DNA from: a virus
Lineage: Duplodnaviria > Heunggongvirae > Uroviricota > Caudoviricetes
Direction: 5' to 3' (one strand)
Virus record (IMG/VR): IMGVR_UViG_3300035544_000169
DNA length: 64,000 bases
This document shows, piece by piece, positions 63,408-64,000 of the stretch. How positions within the stretch are numbered: position 1 is the first letter of the stretch; each line of letters begins with the position of its first letter. Both the position numbers and the translations under genes were made by a program. The notes under the pieces are model-generated. The model was not told the DNA's origin. It searched no databases and saw nothing but the letters and a program-made list of their open reading frames with translations.

Positions 63408-64000
63408 TTATTTTTCTTTTTCAATCTCTTCATTTATTTTATTAACAATTTCAGCTAACCTCTCATCATCTTTAATCTCTGTGATGATTGCAATGTCTTT
63501 TTCCTTACCCATATCCTCAAGCTCTTTGAAGACAACTCTTTGAGTTATATTCTGGTTTTTCTTCCACAGTTGTCTTATTTTTTCTATATTATTATCTGTG
63601 TGTTTTGATTTAGTTTTAGGCTTAGGAGTTGTTGCTTTTTCTTTTTTTAATTTTTTAGGCTTAGGAGCCTCCTGTTTTATTTTAGGAGAGTCCATTTCAG
63701 GGTCATCACCAGTGCTTAACATGAAGTTATTAATAAGGAAGTACTTAATAGCACCAGTATAAGCTTTGTAGATGTGTTTATCTCCTTCATCTAAAGCATA
63801 GCCTGAGTATAAAAGTTTAACCTTTGCTCCTGTATCACCACATCTTAAGGTAAAATACATTCCTAGCTCAATCTCTGTTGAGTTACCTCTTTGAGTTTGG
63901 ACCTGCTTTTTGCTGTATCCCTTTACTTCACTTGAAATCCATAAATTTTCTTCAGCACATAATGGCCTTAGCGCTTCTTTAATATCTTCAGCTGTTGCAT
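63408..64000 (-). CDS. Hypothetical protein, 5' end beyond the window (reading frame is open to nt 64000)
   Basis: In-frame translation continues upstream of the annotated Met (…ATAEDIKEALRPLCAEENLWISSEVKGYSKKQVQTQRGNSTEIELGMYFTLRCGD…). Lys/Pro-rich linker, acidic C-terminus. Confidence 0.4.
   Translation of the reverse strand, partial: ATAEDIKEALRPLCAEENLWISSEVKGYSKKQVQTQRGNSTEIELGMYFTLRCGDTGAKVKLLYSGYALDEGDKHIYKAYTGAIKYFLINNFMLSTGDDPEMDSPKIKQEAPKPKKLKKEKATTPKPKTKSKHTDNNIEKIRQLWKKNQNITQRVVFKELEDMGKEKDIAIITEIKDDERLAEIVNKINEEIEKEK

Noticed and set aside
1-64000. CRISPR arrays
   Set aside because: No run of regularly spaced identical direct repeats of 25-40 bp with unique spacers was seen. 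The only short tandem repeats are in-frame within CDS (29284-29345) or protein-level repeats in fibre genes.
1-64000. tRNA / rRNA genes
   Set aside because: Intergenic gaps (e.g. 28125-28610, 37714-37923, 39449-39709, 11076-11233) are extremely AT-rich with no GC-rich cloverleaf-like segments. No tRNA could be recognised by eye, though a tRNAscan/Infernal run was not possible.
1-64000. Integrase / attachment site indicating a prophage
   Set aside because: No tyrosine/serine recombinase signature, and no host-like flanking genes or direct att repeats at window edges. Content is contiguous phage modules.

Overview
AT-rich (~30% GC) window that reads as part of a large virulent phage genome, likely jumbo-phage-like, infecting a low-GC Firmicute/Clostridia-type host. 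A prophage is not excluded, but no integrase or att site is seen. Positions 1-25.4 kb are a plus-strand late/structural block with at least six large, modular tail-fibre/receptor-binding paralogues. Four of them share a ~100-aa N-terminal anchor domain, and several carry C-terminal LamG/ConA-like lectin modules preceded by a conserved HFDKHLTSTKG junction motif. Interleaved with the fibres are three paralogous radical-SAM (twitch/SPASM-like) genes, a NeuA-type cytidylyltransferase, a ParB/Srx-fold protein, two small HAD-like phosphatases and a TnpB-only IS200/IS605-family element (with a small RHH gene, subterminal hairpins and a predicted omega RNA). The block ends with an amidase endolysin, a truncated NeuB-like protein, a GH13 alpha-amylase and a set of membrane/coiled-coil proteins up to a bidirectional terminator at 25.42 kb. 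Positions 25.4-64 kb are a minus-strand early/replication and nucleotide-metabolism block. It encodes thioredoxin, an ArfB-like GGQ protein, SNase, a metallophosphoesterase, CTP synthase, an HslV-like protease, an SPFH protein, a bactofilin-like protein, RecJ, DnaE-type Pol III alpha, an NCS2 nucleobase permease, two radical-SAM activases, guanylate kinase, an NrdD carrying a LAGLIDADG intein, a sigma factor, RuvC, a Cas4-like nuclease, thymidylate kinase, an HD protein, a DnaB-like helicase, GroES, dCTP deaminase and a DEDD exonuclease. No CRISPR array or tRNA was recognised by eye. The most unusual content is the radical-SAM/ParB-like/cytidylyltransferase cassette embedded among the fibre paralogues, which may be a structural-protein or glycan modification system.
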